Source: Staphylococcus phage vB_SauP_phiAGO1.3. From it: 17,603 nucleotides of DNA. Positions 16,892-17,603 of the stretch are shown here, one piece after another (the stretch's first letter is position 1; each line of letters opens with the position of its first letter). The DNA lies in sequence record MG766218.1; one strand, 5' to 3'. The position numbers and the translations under genes were made by a program. Below the pieces are notes generated by a model. That model made no database searches. It worked only from the letters and a program-made list of their open reading frames with translations, and was not told where the DNA came from.

Positions 16892-17263
16892 CTAATCTAA
16901 ATCTAACTTATCTACTAATTCTTCATCAGAATAGTCTTTATCTTCTTTATCTGCTTCTGTAACATCTGGTTGTGTTGGTTGTACTTGTTGTGGTTGTTGC
17001 ATTTGTGAAGATAAAAAAGTAGTCACTTGTTGTTCTAATGAAGTAATACGTTGCTCTAATACAACAGGGTCAAATTTCGAACTATCTTCATCTGTTATAG
17101 TAGGTTCTAATTTGTTTTCGTTTTCTTCTTCGATTGTTTCTACTGTTTTATCTTCAGTTGATTCTTCAGTTGATTCTTCAGTTAATTCTTCAGTTGATTC
17201 TTCAGTTGATTCTTCTGTTGATTCTTTATCGTCTGGTTTTACGATTTCATCAAATTCTGTCAT
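16892..17263 (-). CDS. Highly acidic repeat protein (123 aa), a candidate scaffolding or inner-core protein
   Basis: It is the first gene after the right-end promoter, with RBS GGAGGTG. It carries about six ESTE tetrapeptide repeats followed by a Gln-rich predicted coiled coil (LEQRITSLEQQVTTFLSSQMQQ) and has a very low pI. Its position relative to the capsid gene resembles phi29 gp7. Confidence 0.55.
   Translation of the reverse strand: MTEFDEIVKPDDKESTEESTEESTEELTEESTEESTEDKTVETIEEENENKLEPTITDEDSSKFDPVVLEQRITSLEQQVTTFLSSQMQQPQQVQPTQPDVTEADKEDKDYSDEELVDKLDLD
17156..17227 (-). repeat. Six tandem 12-bp in-frame repeats (AGTTGATTCTTC) encoding ESTE units
   Basis: Read directly from the sequence. 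One unit carries AGTTAATTCTTC (encoding ELTE) and the last unit is degenerate. Confidence 0.85.
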
Positions 17264-17291
17264 TTAGACACCTCCAAATATTTTATAACTA

Positions 17292-17321
17292 ATTATATCA
17301 TAGAATATTTAAATAAGTAAA
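17292..17321 (-). promoter_or_regulatory. Right-end late/structural operon promoter on the - strand: TTTACT, 18-bp spacer, TG-extended -10 TGATATAAT
   Basis: The -10 is the reverse complement of 17292-17300 (ATTATATCA) and the -35 the reverse complement of 17316-17321 (AGTAAA). It lies about 25 nt upstream of the GGAGGTG RBS of the first - strand gene. Confidence 0.6.
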
Positions 17322-17337
17322 TTAATTTTATTATTTT

Positions 17338-17603
17338 GTTCAAATCATAACTTTGAATAAAAGTCAATAGATACCTAAATTTTGTATTTGATGAATATGT
17401 TATAGGTTTGATAAGTTGGTAAAGTTGGTGAACAGTTTTTATAAGTTTAGTTTAGAAATGATAAGTGAATTTATAAGTTTTGATTTGTATAATCGTTTAG
17501 TAAAGAAATGATAAGTGAATTTATAAGTTTTGATTTTTATAATCGTTTATTTTAAACGGTGGGGAGGTGTAAATTTATACTAACTTTTTCCCTATTTATA
17601 TTT
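17338..17603. repeat. Right inverted terminal repeat (ITR)
   Basis: This is the reverse complement of the left end. It is 51 bp shorter because it carries one fewer 50-bp repeat copy and has a 1-bp indel. Confidence 0.85.
17449..17548. repeat. Tandem 50-bp direct repeats inside the right ITR: two copies, one perfect and one variant
   Basis: These are reverse complements of the left-end unit. Only one perfect copy plus the variant copy are present, so the ITRs differ in length. Confidence 0.9.

Noticed and set aside
1-17603. Search for tRNA genes, integrase/repressor (lysogeny) genes and cas genes
   Set aside because: No cloverleaf-like GC-rich segment of about 75 nt, no tyrosine/serine recombinase motifs and no HTH repressor next to divergent promoters were seen. 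The genome is fully accounted for by replication, structural and lysis genes.

Overview
The window reads as a complete 17.6-kb linear genome of a phi29-like (Picovirinae) podovirus of a low-GC Gram-positive host, closely resembling the staphylococcal 44AHJD/P68/SAP-2 group (Rosenblumvirus-like); this identification is from memory and motifs, with no database search. The two ends are imperfect inverted terminal repeats (ITRs) of about 317 bp (left) and 266 bp (right). Each carries tandem 50-bp repeats, in unequal copy number (3 vs 2). The + strand (445-6280) is a rightward early/replication module driven by a near-consensus sigma-A promoter: seven small ORFs of unknown function (two are missing from the supplied ORF track), a phi29 gp16-like DNA-encapsidation ATPase, and a protein-primed family-B DNA polymerase with all Exo I-III, A, B, C and KxY motifs. 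The - strand (17263 down to 6394) is one densely packed leftward morphogenesis/lysis operon starting from a TG-extended -10 promoter at the right end. In transcription order it encodes an acidic repeat protein, a small protein, the major capsid protein, portal (upper collar), lower collar, tail fibre, a CHAP+SH3b endolysin, a coiled-coil fibre-like protein, a phi29 gp9-like tail knob, a phi29 gp14-like holin, and a lysozyme-like+CHAP tail-associated peptidoglycan hydrolase. The two arms converge on a bidirectional terminator at about 6263-6300. No integrase, repressor, tRNA or CRISPR array is present, which fits a strictly lytic, protein-primed phage. The more interesting points are the ITR asymmetry and its conserved inward-facing element, a terminal-protein gene that cannot be recognised, a terminator that overlaps a promoter inside the late operon, an out-of-frame ORF embedded in the endolysin 3' end, and the block of early ORFs that are candidates for host-takeover or anti-defence functions.
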